From: Promethearchaeota archaeon | GTDB lineage: Archaea > Asgardarchaeota > Lokiarchaeia > Sigyniarchaeales > SOKP01 | Direction of reading: 5' to 3' | NCBI GenBank assembly: GCA_048938895.1 | Contig: JBHLLU010000005.1 | Span: forward strand, 55,527-119,526 | Length of the DNA: 64,000 bases | Shown: positions 20,773 through 31,652 of the stretch, piece after piece | Layout: every line of letters starts with the position of its first letter | Numbering within the stretch: the first letter of the stretch is position 1 | Made by a program: the position numbers and the translations under genes | The notes under the pieces: model-generated | Told to the model about the DNA's origin: nothing | The model's input: only the letters and a program-made list of their open reading frames with translations | Databases searched by the model: none

Positions 20773-22278
20773 CTAATTTAGCTTTCCTAATAAGGTTATT
20801 AAGAACTTCCAAATTTTTTCGACAGATTTTACTGACAGTCTCTCGTCGGGTGAGTGGGCGCCTACATTTGCAGGGCCGATTGATATCATATCCATATTAG
20901 GAAACTTTTTCTTCAAAATTCCGCATTCCAAACCTGCATGAATTGCTTTTACCTCAATATTTTTATTAAATTCCTCTTTAAATGTCTCTTTTGTTGATTT
21001 TAAAAGATTCGAATCGAAATTTGGCTGCCATCCAGGATAATCAGAATCAATTATAATATCTATCTCCAAATCTGTTAAATTAAACAAAGATACAGCTTTC
21101 TCCCAGATGATTTCTTTAAAATATTCACTCAAACTCCGTTGACTTAACTTGATCTCAATTTTTTCATCATCAGTATTTATTACACCTAAATTTGATGAAC
21201 TAAAGACAAGGCCCCTGATTTGTGGATGCATAGAGAGGGGACCATTAGGTATTGTATATAATATATTAAGGATATTATCTTGAATTTTTTTTGTAAAGAC
21301 ATTGTTCTCCTCAAATGTTTTCAATTTTTGAATAGAAATATTTATATCAGGATCAATTCCATTAAAAAGAACTGTGATTTTTGAAACAAGTTCCTCAATA
21401 AATCCCACTATTTTTGAAATTTCGTCTGTTTGGATAAATAAATTTGCACTAGCTTCCCTAGGTATCGCGTTAGTTCTATTACCTCCATTTATAGAAGAAA
21501 TAAAAACTTTAAACTTCCTATTTAGTTTCCAAAGTATCTCACCCATAATTTTTAATGCATTTCCTCTACCTAGATGGATATCTGCTCCTGAATGCCCTCC
21601 ATTCAAGCCAGATATAAAGATTCTTAATGGAATCAGATTTTCTTCCTTATTTATCTTAAAGGTTTGTTTTTTTATTTGAAACAAAGTCACTCTTCCTCCC
21701 GCACAACCAATTGTTACAGAATTTTCGTCTTCTGCATCTAAGTTAATAAGATATTTTCCGGATATTAAGTTTTCATCAATTTTAAATGCCCCTCTTAAAC
21801 CCATTTCTTCATCAACAGTAAATAAAAGGTCAAATCCAAATTTGAAGGATAATTCTCTTTCAAATATCTTTTTCATTAATGTGAGTATGTATGCTATACC
21901 GACTCCGTTGTCAGCGCCTAGTGTCGTTCCAACGGCAGTGACCCATTTTTGATTGTCAATTTCTAAGATTTCTAATTTTAAAGGATCTTTAAAAAAATCA
22001 TGAGAAATCCCATCATTTTTTTCGCAAACCATATCTAGATGGCATTGTAGAACAACTTTTACACCTTGGTTATCTTTTTTAGGAATTCTTACGACAAGAT
22101 TTCCTGTATTATCTACCTTTGTATTAAAACCTAATCTTTCTGCTTCTTCCTTTACATATGATCTAACTCTTTCCTCATGCTCTGAACAACGAGGAATTTT
22201 AGTAATTTGTTCAAAATACTCCCAAAATTCAGAAGGTTTTCCTAACTCATTTAATTTTGACAAAAACTTCCCTTCCAC
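20773..22278 (-). CDS. pepD: Aminoacyl-histidine dipeptidase (M20C)
   Basis: QCHLDMV, TTLGADNG, TVDEE, GGHSG, IHAGLECG, HSPDE. Confidence 0.93.
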   Translation of the reverse strand: MEGKFLSKLNELGKPSEFWEYFEQITKIPRCSEHEERVRSYVKEEAERLGFNTKVDNTGNLVVRIPKKDNQGVKVVLQCHLDMVCEKNDGISHDFFKDPLKLEILEIDNQKWVTAVGTTLGADNGVGIAYILTLMKKIFERELSFKFGFDLLFTVDEEMGLRGAFKIDENLISGKYLINLDAEDENSVTIGCAGGRVTLFQIKKQTFKINKEENLIPLRIFISGLNGGHSGADIHLGRGNALKIMGEILWKLNRKFKVFISSINGGNRTNAIPREASANLFIQTDEISKIVGFIEELVSKITVLFNGIDPDINISIQKLKTFEENNVFTKKIQDNILNILYTIPNGPLSMHPQIRGLVFSSSNLGVINTDDEKIEIKLSQRSLSEYFKEIIWEKAVSLFNLTDLEIDIIIDSDYPGWQPNFDSNLLKSTKETFKEEFNKNIEVKAIHAGLECGILKKKFPNMDMISIGPANVGAHSPDERLSVKSVEKIWKFLITLLGKLN

Positions 22279-22359
22279 TTAAAATATATATAGTATTTAT
22301 TTTATAATAATTATAAAATAACACTAAATTCCTTATAATATTATTTAAAGGCTGTTTAA

Positions 22360-23472
22360 ATGAGTTTGAAAGATATTTATTCAGAAGTAAAGAAGCGCAA
22401 GATGGAAGCTCTGAATAAAAAGGATGTTGTTGAAGCAGTAGAAAAACATGGGAAAATTTTAGCAATTAGTGGACGGTATGAAAAACCTAAAAAAGTTGTA
22501 GAACATATGTATGCTTCGGTGAAAAAGGTTGTAAAAGAAAGAGAAATTATGAAAGAAAATTTATCACAGTATGATGTTGTGCTTATAGGCTGTCCAGGTA
22601 GCGATATTCCTCATGCTTCCTATCCAAAAGTCAAGGATTTTGTCACAAACGGAGGATGGTTAATAACTACTGATTGGGCCCTTCAGAGCATTATAGAAAA
22701 TATTTTTCCCGGATATATAAGGTGGAATCGGGCAAAAACAGCTGATGCTGTTGTTCCATGTCAAATAATCCAACCAGATCATCCCTTTTTAGAAGGAGTT
22801 TTAAGTGAAATTCAACAGAGCAAATGGCAAAAACAAACTGTAAAAAATACGAAGAAAAGTGAATTCCGTTGGTGGTTAGAAACGCGATCATTCCCAATCC
22901 AGATCATCAATCATGAAGCAGTAAGAGTATTAATTAATTCTTGGGAGATTCAAAATAAATGGGGAGAATCCCCTGTACTGGTTGAATTTGATTACGGTAA
23001 AATGGGGGGGCGAATTATTCACATGATAAGTCACACTCATTTACAGAAAGGAGGTGCAAAAGGTAAATATGCATCAGCGTTAATTCTTACAAATATCCTA
23101 GATGAAAAGGTTTCTCAAAGAATGGGATTTTCAAAAAAACCTACATCTGGATATGTATCTGATTGGGAAACACCTCAAACTCAACCACAATATTTTCAAT
23201 CAACTACAGATACACAACAGAATGACTATATTACTCCAACATCGAGTGGTGCAGGACTCACCGGAACTTCTCAAATTATTGAATTAGACGTGAATAATTC
23301 TGCCGGATTTTCCTACACTAGTACTTGTATATATTGCGGATATGATTTTACAGAGCATATGGGAAAGATATTTTTATGTAAAGAATGCAAAGCTCCATAC
23401 CATGAAAGCTGTATTAATATGCAAATAAATGAAGGTACTTGTAAGAACTGTGGCAGAATTTTATTATGGTAA
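22360..23472 (+). CDS. Class-I GATase-like domain, S/T/Q linker and C-terminal C4HC3 RING/PHD finger
   Basis: YDVVLIGCPG and FVTNGGWLITTDWAL; C-terminus CIYC..CKEC...HESC..CKNC. Confidence 0.65.
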   Translation: MSLKDIYSEVKKRKMEALNKKDVVEAVEKHGKILAISGRYEKPKKVVEHMYASVKKVVKEREIMKENLSQYDVVLIGCPGSDIPHASYPKVKDFVTNGGWLITTDWALQSIIENIFPGYIRWNRAKTADAVVPCQIIQPDHPFLEGVLSEIQQSKWQKQTVKNTKKSEFRWWLETRSFPIQIINHEAVRVLINSWEIQNKWGESPVLVEFDYGKMGGRIIHMISHTHLQKGGAKGKYASALILTNILDEKVSQRMGFSKKPTSGYVSDWETPQTQPQYFQSTTDTQQNDYITPTSSGAGLTGTSQIIELDVNNSAGFSYTSTCIYCGYDFTEHMGKIFLCKECKAPYHESCINMQINEGTCKNCGRILLW

Positions 23473-23559
23473 ATTACTTTGCAATGCTTTTTCATAAAAA
23501 TTAAATTATATTAGACCTTTTCCTTGATATTAAGATTCAAATCATAATGGCTTTAAAAT

Positions 23560-24849
23560 TTGATAGATTTCAACCAAATTTTTACTGAGGTAGATAATTT
23601 AGACAGAGATAAAGTTTTGGAGATGTTCCAGACTCTTATTAATATAGATACCACCAATCCTCCCGGAAATACTTATCGTAATTATGTAGATGCAATTTCA
23701 TCATACTTTAAAGATTTAAATTATGAATTAGAAGAAGTAGTCGTTCCTAATGAGTTAATAGAAAAAATTCCATATCCTCTTGAAGGTCCTCGAGTAAATC
23801 TCGTTGCTTCAAAAAATTTTAGACAGAATAAAGAAATAACTTTTTGTGGACATATGGATGTAGTAGCTGCACCAAACAAAGGAAGCGATAAATGGAGATT
23901 TCCCCCATTTGAAGCGACCATGATAAAAAGTGGAAAGATCTATGGTCGAGGCGTTGGTGATAATAAAGGAGCAATGATTTGTTTAATTCTTGCTCTTAAA
24001 ATAATAGAAAAATTGGGTCTTACTCCTAAATATAATATTAACATTCTTAATTGTACTGATGAAGAGATTGGTTTTTATCCCGGTATTCGCTATTTGACAG
24101 AACAAGGATATGTGAAAGGAACAATATACTCCATAGATTATTCCATAGAGCCCATCATTTTAATGGGGACTGCAGGTGATTTAGAAGTTGAAGTTGAAAC
24201 TATCGGTAGAAGCTCTCATTCCGGACTTAGTATTTTAGGTGTTAATGCCTTAGAAGAAATGATCCCAATTTTAGTAGAACTTAAGAAACTTAAGGAAGAG
24301 GTTGAAATACGTCAAAGTAACGATATTCCTGGTTTTCCAGATCCTAAAACCAAGGAAAAAAGAAATCTTAATCCTCTATTCAACTTAGATGTTATTAGAT
24401 CTGGTGAAAAATCAAACATTATCCCAGATCTTTGCACTCTCATAATCAATAGACGAGTAATACCGGATGAGAGTATTGAGGATGTTAAGCAAGAAATACT
24501 TAATGCAGTCGATAGGGGAAAAATAAAAAGCAATGCATTAGATGTAAAAACAACCTTTAAATACTCTTACCCTCCTTTAAAAGCAGATATTAATAGCCCA
24601 GAGATCCAGCGAATGAAAAGAGTTATACAACTGGTACATAATATCCCAGAAGAAAGGATTAAGATAACAGGAATGTCGATGACATTTGATGTGGGTTTTG
24701 TAGCACAAATTCTAAATACTAAAGAAATTATTCTTCGCGGGGTAGCTACTGGGGGTTCAAATACTCACGGTGTAAATGAGACAATTCGATTAAAAGATAT
24801 TAAAAAATTTATAAAGGAAATAATCGTCTTTCTATGTGTTGATATGTAA
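23560..24849 (+). CDS. M20 ArgE/DapE-family amidohydrolase
   Basis: GHMDVV, YGRGVGDNKG, DEE, HGVNE. Confidence 0.9.
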   Translation: MIDFNQIFTEVDNLDRDKVLEMFQTLINIDTTNPPGNTYRNYVDAISSYFKDLNYELEEVVVPNELIEKIPYPLEGPRVNLVASKNFRQNKEITFCGHMDVVAAPNKGSDKWRFPPFEATMIKSGKIYGRGVGDNKGAMICLILALKIIEKLGLTPKYNINILNCTDEEIGFYPGIRYLTEQGYVKGTIYSIDYSIEPIILMGTAGDLEVEVETIGRSSHSGLSILGVNALEEMIPILVELKKLKEEVEIRQSNDIPGFPDPKTKEKRNLNPLFNLDVIRSGEKSNIIPDLCTLIINRRVIPDESIEDVKQEILNAVDRGKIKSNALDVKTTFKYSYPPLKADINSPEIQRMKRVIQLVHNIPEERIKITGMSMTFDVGFVAQILNTKEIILRGVATGGSNTHGVNETIRLKDIKKFIKEIIVFLCVDM

Positions 24850-24995
24850 TCTATATTCTCCAAAATAATTTAACTAGACAAATCTTAATAGATTTATATG
24901 GTTTATTTTGCAAACCTAAAGATTTTACCAAATAATTGGCAATTAAAGAAATAAAATAATAAAAAAAATAAAAATAATTTGCCCTTTTTCGAAAT

Positions 24996-25193
24996 TCAGT
25001 TCTCTATAATCTCTATCGCTTCTTCTGGGCATTGTGTTTCACATGCCCTACATCCTACACAGTCTTCTCTGTTTTCTTCTATAACGTTTACTTTTCCACC
25101 CTCAGGTTCCCCAAAACATTCAGAAGGGCATACTTCATAGCATGTGCCACATCCCGTGCATGCATCTTTATCTATATTAATATCAAAACTCAT
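24996..25193 (-). CDS. 2x[4Fe-4S] ferredoxin
   Basis: Two CxxCxxCxxxCP motifs. Confidence 0.95.
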   Translation of the reverse strand: MSFDINIDKDACTGCGTCYEVCPSECFGEPEGGKVNVIEENREDCVGCRACETQCPEEAIEIIEN

Positions 25194-25657
25194 TTCCGTT
25201 AACCTCTTTAACCAATTTTAAATCATCATTAAATATATAAAACCTTAAACCAGTCTGGTAAATTATTTTATAAATTTAATTTATTTTTCTTCTTATCTAG
25301 TTTGATTATTTTTAAATAATCCTATGTGTGATAATAGTATAAAAAATATAAATTTCGTTTTTATTTACATAAGTTATCATTAAAAGATTTATTTTAATTT
25401 TTAATTTTTTTATCAAATTAGTACCATAAAAAGTACCAAGAAAAGCGTATGGCGAAACAAAGAACTGCGATCATCTCTTTTAACTCCTAAACTTTGAATA
25501 AAAATATTCTTTTTGAATATTAGACAACAATTTTTAATACAATAGAATGGTTTTAATTGAATAATTTTTTAACAATTAATATTAATCTTATTTATTATAA
25601 AATTTATAATTAAAACAATAAATAGATAGAAAGGAAAAATTAAGGAGTTGAACCCTA

Positions 25658-25972
25658 TTGGCAAAAGATAAAGTCATCGGAGCAATCGTTATGATTGTTG
25701 GGCTCGCTATTGCTGTAATTTATACAATGGGAAGTATCATAGATCTGTTGATGAATACCCTCTGGAACGATCCTCATTGGGATGATTGGAGCAATATACT
25801 CGATATTGATTGGTTAGATTGGCGACTCTTCACGGTTGCACCACTTTGGCTGCTCGTAATCCTAATTTCTATTATAGCAATCTGGATAGGTTATAGTATG
25901 TTGACAACCCCTGCGCCTGTTCCTCTAGAAGAGTTAGAAGAGGAATTAGCAGGGGAGGAAGATTCTGACTGA
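25658..25972 (+). CDS. Small two-TM protein, DPM2/PIG-P-like
   Basis: TTG start with GGAG SD; D-x-V-I-G...YT and P...IGYSML pattern resembling DPM2. Confidence 0.5.
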   Translation: MAKDKVIGAIVMIVGLAIAVIYTMGSIIDLLMNTLWNDPHWDDWSNILDIDWLDWRLFTVAPLWLLVILISIIAIWIGYSMLTTPAPVPLEELEEELAGEEDSD

Positions 25973-26143
25973 GCAGTAATTAAAATTATTATTTTTTTTC
26001 CATTTTTCATTTTTTTCTTAATCCTTTTACCACATTAATTTCATCAACCATTAGTTAACAATAACTAAAATATAATGTTCCCCAAAATAATTATATACAT
26101 ATAAGAAAAATCATATTTCTTCACAAAAATTAGTTGATTTAGT

Positions 26144-27112
26144 GTGCACCAAAAACTCAATTATGTTTTGATAATTGGTTCAAGTAATATGGATTTAAAT
26201 ATTTATTCCAAACGATTCCCAAATCCCGGAGAGACAGTCACGGGAGGAACATTTAAACAATTTTTAGGAGGTAAAGGTGCTAATCAAGCTGTTGCAGCAG
26301 TAAGATCAGGAGCAAATACTATTTTTATAGGTAAAATTGGTATGGATATTTTTGGGAATCAAATGGTTTCTCAGTTGACTAAAGAAGGGATTAATACAAA
26401 ACACGTCATAAGGGATAATGAAAATGCAAGTGGTGTAGCCTTCATACTAATAGATGAAAAGGGAGAAAATATGATTAGTGTAGCCCCAGGAGCGAATTAT
26501 CAGTTAACTGCAGAAGATGTAAACTCTAGAGCTGATATCATTAAAAATTCAAGAGTATTGGTCGTTCAAATGGAAATCCCCATCAAAACTATTGAAGAAG
26601 TGTTTAAAATCGCATCAGAGGGAGAAGTTTTAAAAATTCTAAACCCTGCTCCCTTGAAGCCTATTCCAATAGGAGTTTTGGAACAGGTTGATATACTAAT
26701 ACCAAATGAAGGAGAGTTATTTCGCTTATATTCTTTTTTAAGACCTCACGAGGAAACTAAAGATAACAATACAAAAATTAAGTACATTTCAAAAGAACTT
26801 GTTAAGTTAGGAATAAAAAATATTATAACAACCTTAGGAGATAAAGGATGTTTAATTTATCTTGGAAAAGAAGATAGATTTGTAGAAGTATCTTCGCCAA
26901 AAGTTAATACCGTGGATACAGTTGGAGCAGGAGACTGCTTCATTGGAGTTTTAGCTAGTAAACTTAGTCAAGGTGAAAAAATTATTAATTGTGTAAAATT
27001 CGCAACGATAGCAGCTTCTATTGCTGTTACTCGAAAAGGAGCTCAGGATTCTATGCCCAGATTAAAAGAAATTGAAGAAAAACTTAAGAAATTAAACATT
27101 GAGATAAACTGA
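26144..27112 (+). CDS. rbsK: Ribokinase (PfkB family)
   Basis: GSSNMD, GGKGANQAVA, LNPAP, DTVGAGD. Confidence 0.92.
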   Translation: MHQKLNYVLIIGSSNMDLNIYSKRFPNPGETVTGGTFKQFLGGKGANQAVAAVRSGANTIFIGKIGMDIFGNQMVSQLTKEGINTKHVIRDNENASGVAFILIDEKGENMISVAPGANYQLTAEDVNSRADIIKNSRVLVVQMEIPIKTIEEVFKIASEGEVLKILNPAPLKPIPIGVLEQVDILIPNEGELFRLYSFLRPHEETKDNNTKIKYISKELVKLGIKNIITTLGDKGCLIYLGKEDRFVEVSSPKVNTVDTVGAGDCFIGVLASKLSQGEKIINCVKFATIAASIAVTRKGAQDSMPRLKEIEEKLKKLNIEIN

Positions 27113-27123
27113 ATGGAGGAATC

Positions 27124-27801
27124 ATGATCTTCAAAGAGAAAATATTGTCAGGAAGAAGTACTTATCTTAGAAAGAATAATTCTGAAAAATTGATTCTTAC
27201 CATAAATTCTAAATCCTTAGATAACATTTTTCTCATAAATGGAAATTCGTTCAAAACTGAAGAAATAAAAGATTCTGATTTAAAAATCAAATCTTATGAT
27301 TATTATATGATTTTTAATAATGGAAAAGAATCAATTGATATTTCTTATTATCTTGATATTTCAAATCACGAAATTGTTTATGATCCTTATGTATACGAAA
27401 ATTCGGAGAAAATTCTTTATACGGAAGACCAGTTCATTAAAAACTATGATATTCCAAAAGGCTATATTGACATTCTTTCTAAGTGGTATAGCTTTAAGTT
27501 TACTTACCCAGATTATAATCTGATCTTTGTAAGACCAGAATTTGGATTATCCATTCAAATTCATAAGAATAGAAATGAATTTTGGGAAATTTTAGAGGGC
27601 AACCCTATTATCATTAATGGGAATAAAGTTTATTATTATGTTGAAAGTGGTTCTAAATTCCAAAATAAAATAAATATGTTTCATACCGTTATCAATCCTA
27701 ATAAAGAAGCAGGTAAATTTGTTTTAATAAAAGAAAGATGGAACGGTGAATTTGATGAAAATGATATTATTCGTGTTTTTAATCCTAATCAATACTTTTG
27801 A
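27124..27801 (+). CDS. Cupin protein, type II mannose-6-phosphate isomerase-like C-terminal domain
   Basis: LSIQIHKNRNEFW and ENDIIR motifs. Confidence 0.7.
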   Translation: MIFKEKILSGRSTYLRKNNSEKLILTINSKSLDNIFLINGNSFKTEEIKDSDLKIKSYDYYMIFNNGKESIDISYYLDISNHEIVYDPYVYENSEKILYTEDQFIKNYDIPKGYIDILSKWYSFKFTYPDYNLIFVRPEFGLSIQIHKNRNEFWEILEGNPIIINGNKVYYYVESGSKFQNKINMFHTVINPNKEAGKFVLIKERWNGEFDENDIIRVFNPNQYF

Positions 27802-28019
27802 GATATAGGATTATGTAAAAAATACCTTATAAAACTTGAAAAGAAATGAGAATCCAAGATTCTCTTGAAAACTACATCTAAAGCTTATAAGTTTTATGAT
27901 TTTCACTTCCTTAACCTAAAAGTTAAAATTAAAAGCAACACTAAAATCCTTACCGTATGAAGTTATATCAGAAAAAATTAACAGAATTAAATTAAAGAAC
28001 TAAGCAGATTGATTGAAAA

Positions 28020-28553
28020 ATGGCTCCTAATGAAGATACCAATGAAGAGTTGGAAGAAGAATTAGAAGAGGAAGAACCTTCTGAGGAAATAGTTGAAGAA
28101 GTAGAAGAAGAAGAAGGTGATGAGGAATTAGATGCCGAAAAAGAGTTAGATAGATTAAGATTTCATTATCGAGGATATACATTAGAAGAACTTAAGAAAA
28201 TGAATATGGATACGCTTATACAATTATTTCCCGCCAGAGCAAGACGATCATTGAAACGAGGGCTTCCTCCAAGGCAAAAAAAATTGCTAGAACGACTTAG
28301 AAGGGCTTATCGTGCAAAAAAACGCGGTAAAGATCTCATTACTAGAACTCATGTCAGAGATATGATCATTTTTCCAGATTTTGTTGGACTAAAAATTGGT
28401 GTTTATAACGGAAGAACATTTGAAGTGATTGATATTAAACCAGAAATGATAGGCCATTACCTTGGTGAATTTGCCTTAACACGGAAGCGAGTATCTCACG
28501 GTTCTCCTGGAATTGGGGCCACAAGAAGTTCAAAATATGTGCCATTAAAGTAA
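28020..28553 (+). CDS. rps19p: 30S ribosomal protein S19 (uS19) with acidic N-terminal extension
   Basis: [30 protein letters not shown]. Confidence 0.97.
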   Translation: MAPNEDTNEELEEELEEEEPSEEIVEEVEEEEGDEELDAEKELDRLRFHYRGYTLEELKKMNMDTLIQLFPARARRSLKRGLPPRQKKLLERLRRAYRAKKRGKDLITRTHVRDMIIFPDFVGLKIGVYNGRTFEVIDIKPEMIGHYLGEFALTRKRVSHGSPGIGATRSSKYVPLK

Positions 28554-28586
28554 TTTATGATAATAAAATTAATGAGATGAAAAAAT

Positions 28587-29066
28587 ATGCCTAACTGGGG
28601 TTATTCATTCATAGAACAAAAATATGATACTGAAAGACTCGCAAAAGCTTCTGGAAGAGATTTAAGAATTAAACCAAAGCACGCTAGAGAGATATGTGCT
28701 GTAATCAAGGGAATGAAAGTAGAAAGAGCAAAAGAATTTCTCGAAAATGTTATTCAAATAAAACAATCAGTCCCTTTTAGAAGATATAAGAAAAAAGCAC
28801 CACATAGAAAAGATTTAAAAGAATTTAAGTGGTATGCTGGGAAATTTCCTCAAAAAGCAGCTGCTCGAATCTATGAGATTCTCTCTTCAGTAGAAGCCAA
28901 TGGAGAATATAAAGGATTAGATATTGAGAGTTGCAGAGTTATTCATGCTGCCGCCCATCGAGGAAGAATAATAAAAAGATATACTGAACGAGCCCGAGGT
29001 CGTAGTACGGCAAAATTTAAGCATCTCACTCATGTAGAAATTGTAATTTATGAATTTCCAAGTTAA
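28587..29066 (+). CDS. rpl22: 50S ribosomal protein L22 (uL22)
   Basis: KHAREIC, VPFRRY, RARGR; operon order. Confidence 0.96.
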   Translation: MPNWGYSFIEQKYDTERLAKASGRDLRIKPKHAREICAVIKGMKVERAKEFLENVIQIKQSVPFRRYKKKAPHRKDLKEFKWYAGKFPQKAAARIYEILSSVEANGEYKGLDIESCRVIHAAAHRGRIIKRYTERARGRSTAKFKHLTHVEIVIYEFPS

Positions 29067-29113
29067 GTTAAAAATAGAAGTGTTAATATAAATAATTAAA
29101 TAAGTGAAACAGA

Positions 29114-29890
29114 ATGTCCCCCTTAGTTAAAAATTTCATTGAACAGGGTATTAAATTGATGCAAATCAACGAGTACTTGCGATCAGAGTTAGTAAGAGCA
29201 GGATTTGCAGGTGTAGATGTTCAGAAGACACCATTAGGAGTCAGAATTACATTAAAAACGAGTAGACCAGGGCTTGTCATCGGAAAAGGCGGAAAGCGAA
29301 TCCAAGAAATAACAGATGTACTTCAGGATAGATTTGGATTAGAAATGCCGCAGATTGAGGTTGAAGAGGTGGCTAATCCAGATCTTAATGCACAAATAAT
29401 GGCAGAACGGTTGGCGTATAGTTTGGACAGAGGTCGCCACTATAGGAGAGCTGGTTATTATATACTTAGAAAAATCATGGACTCTGGGGGAGCACTTGGA
29501 GCAGAAATTAGGATTTCAGGAAAAGTAACCAGCCAAAGGGCCAGAACGCAAATTTTTCGCGCTGGGACAATGACAAAAAGCGGTCATCCTTCACAAGAAG
29601 GTGTTGATAAGGGTGTAGCACAATGCATTCAAAAATCTGGTGTTTTAGGTGTGGTAGTAAAAATTCAACATGCTGATACAAGGATGGGTGATGAGGTTAA
29701 GATTAAAAATGATCTATTAACTAAAGCTCAAAAACAAGCCGAAGCAAAATTAGCTAAAACTAAGGCTGAATATGTTATTGAGGAAGAAACTGCAGATATC
29801 ATTAAAGAGGATAAGAAAATTATTGATGAAGTAGATGAAGAGGCAATATCTGAAATTTCATTAACTCCGGAGGAAGAAGAAGAAAATTAG
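29114..29890 (+). CDS. rps3: 30S ribosomal protein S3 (uS3)
   Basis: RPGLVIGKGG KH motif, GAEIRISGK. Confidence 0.97.
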   Translation: MSPLVKNFIEQGIKLMQINEYLRSELVRAGFAGVDVQKTPLGVRITLKTSRPGLVIGKGGKRIQEITDVLQDRFGLEMPQIEVEEVANPDLNAQIMAERLAYSLDRGRHYRRAGYYILRKIMDSGGALGAEIRISGKVTSQRARTQIFRAGTMTKSGHPSQEGVDKGVAQCIQKSGVLGVVVKIQHADTRMGDEVKIKNDLLTKAQKQAEAKLAKTKAEYVIEEETADIIKEDKKIIDEVDEEAISEISLTPEEEEEN

Positions 29891-29903
29891 GATGTGAAAT
29901 AAA

Positions 29904-30107
29904 ATGGGAGATATATTAAAAGCAAAAATGATAAGAGAAATGGATGAAAGAGAACGAGAGAGAGCTTTGTTAAATTTACGAGAAGAATTAATGATGTTAT
30001 ATTCAAATCAAACTGGTGGGGGTGTTTCTGACAACCCTGGAAAAGCTAAGTTATTAAGAAAGCAGATCGCGAGAATTTTAACAGTATATAATGAGGAAAA
30101 AGAGTGA
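29904..30107 (+). CDS. rpl29: 50S ribosomal protein L29 (uL29)
   Basis: NPGKAKLLRKQIARILTV; operon order. Confidence 0.93.
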   Translation: MGDILKAKMIREMDERERERALLNLREELMMLYSNQTGGGVSDNPGKAKLLRKQIARILTVYNEEKE

Positions 30108-30418
30108 TAGATCCAAAATATTTAATTTACCATGATTTAATCGGGATAAAAGCTTATGCGAAACTTGAATCAAAAAAAGATAAATCCGGATTTTCGGATA
30201 TTGGAATCATTATTGATGATACAAAAAACATGTTAATTGCCCAAAAAGAAAATAAAGTTAAAAAATATATAAAAAAAAATTATGTGTTTCGGTTTGATTT
30301 ACCAAATTACTCGGAAAATAATGAGGAGAATTATATAGAAGTACAAGGGGATGATATTGTTGGTTTCCCCGTAAATAGATTAAGAAGTTTAAAGAAGAAG
30401 AGATGGTATAAAAAATGA
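30104..30418 (+). CDS. rnp1: RNase P protein subunit Rpp29/Pop4
   Basis: HDLIG, GIIIDDTKNML; conserved position between L29 and S17. Confidence 0.85.
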   Translation: MIDPKYLIYHDLIGIKAYAKLESKKDKSGFSDIGIIIDDTKNMLIAQKENKVKKYIKKNYVFRFDLPNYSENNEENYIEVQGDDIVGFPVNRLRSLKKKRWYKK

Positions 30419-30768
30419 GCAGAAATATAGGAATTCCAGGTATAGTTCCCCCTAAAGCAAAAGCTGAAGATTGTAATGATGAATCTTGCCCTTTCCATGG
30501 AAAAACAAGAATTAGGGGAAAAATTACCCAAGGAGTTATTGTAAGTAAGAATTCTAAAAATACAGTTATAATTAAAAGAGATTATGTTCAATTTGTTAAG
30601 AAATATCAACGATATGAGCGTCGAAATACTCGACTTGCATGTCATTTACCAGAATGTTTAACTCATGAGATAGAAATTGGAGACCTAGTTCGGGTTGGAG
30701 AATCCCGAAAAATTTCTAAAACAAAGGCGTTTATTGTATTAAATAAAATAGCAAGCGGAGGGATCTAA
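30415..30768 (+). CDS. rps17p: 30S ribosomal protein S17 (uS17)
   Basis: CPFHG, KKYQRYERR, RKISKTK. Confidence 0.96.
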   Translation: MSRNIGIPGIVPPKAKAEDCNDESCPFHGKTRIRGKITQGVIVSKNSKNTVIIKRDYVQFVKKYQRYERRNTRLACHLPECLTHEIEIGDLVRVGESRKISKTKAFIVLNKIASGGI

Positions 30769-31194
30769 ATGGGTACTAGACGAAAGATGGGAAGAAAACG
30801 AATGACAAGGCACAAAACAAGTTATGGATTGTGTAATGGGTCAAGAATTCAGATTACAGATAATTCTGGGGCAAAAGTGGCCCAAATCATTAATGTAGAC
30901 CACTTTAAGACAAGACAAAGAAGATTACCAAAAGCTACAGTAGGCAGTATTTGCACTGTCACGATTAAAAGAGGAAGACCTGAAATGAGAGGAAACATCC
31001 TTAAGGCTGTAATCGTCAGACAAAAAAGGATATTTCGTCGATTAGATGGTACACGACTTTGTTTTGAAGATAATGCGGGTGTAATTGTAACAAAAGAAGG
31101 TGAACCCCGTGGAACAGAAGTGAGAGGTCCTATCGCTCGAGAAGCTGCTGAATTATTTCCTAGGTTAGCATCAATTTCTTCATTAATAATCTAA
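30769..31194 (+). CDS. rpl14: 50S ribosomal protein L14 (uL14)
   Basis: DNSGAK, FEDNAGVIV, GPIAREAA. Confidence 0.97.
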   Translation: MGTRRKMGRKRMTRHKTSYGLCNGSRIQITDNSGAKVAQIINVDHFKTRQRRLPKATVGSICTVTIKRGRPEMRGNILKAVIVRQKRIFRRLDGTRLCFEDNAGVIVTKEGEPRGTEVRGPIAREAAELFPRLASISSLII

Positions 31195-31217
31195 TATTAA
31201 AAGAAAAGGAATTAAAT

Positions 31218-31652
31218 ATGAAAGTACAATCAAAACAACCCCGGAAGCAAAGAAGAGCACTATATAATTATAAGAACCATGAGCGTTCAAAATTGTTCAC
31301 TACAAGGGTAGTTGATTTTCTTCGAGATGAATACGGGATAAAAAAACTCCCAGTTAGGGTTGGAGATCAGGTTCGAGTTTGTAAGGGAGAATATAAAGAC
31401 TTCGAAGGTGAAGTTTTGGAAATTACAAAAGATTTAAGATGTAAAATAAAGGAAGCTCAATTTGAAAAATCAGACGGGACACAATTTCATCCTGCGATAC
31501 ATGTTTCCAATTTAATTATTACCAAACTTGCTAAGGAAAAAAAGTTGGATCCTTGGCGAGCAAAAATAATAGAAAGAAAAGCTTTATATGGTTTTTATGA
31601 GGAAGAATTAACTGGACCAAAGAAAGGAAAGGAGGTAGAACAGATTGACTAG
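31218..31652 (+). CDS. rpl24: 50S ribosomal protein L24 (uL24)
   Basis: SKQPRKQR, PVRVGDQV, IHVSNL. Confidence 0.95.
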   Translation: MKVQSKQPRKQRRALYNYKNHERSKLFTTRVVDFLRDEYGIKKLPVRVGDQVRVCKGEYKDFEGEVLEITKDLRCKIKEAQFEKSDGTQFHPAIHVSNLIITKLAKEKKLDPWRAKIIERKALYGFYEEELTGPKKGKEVEQID

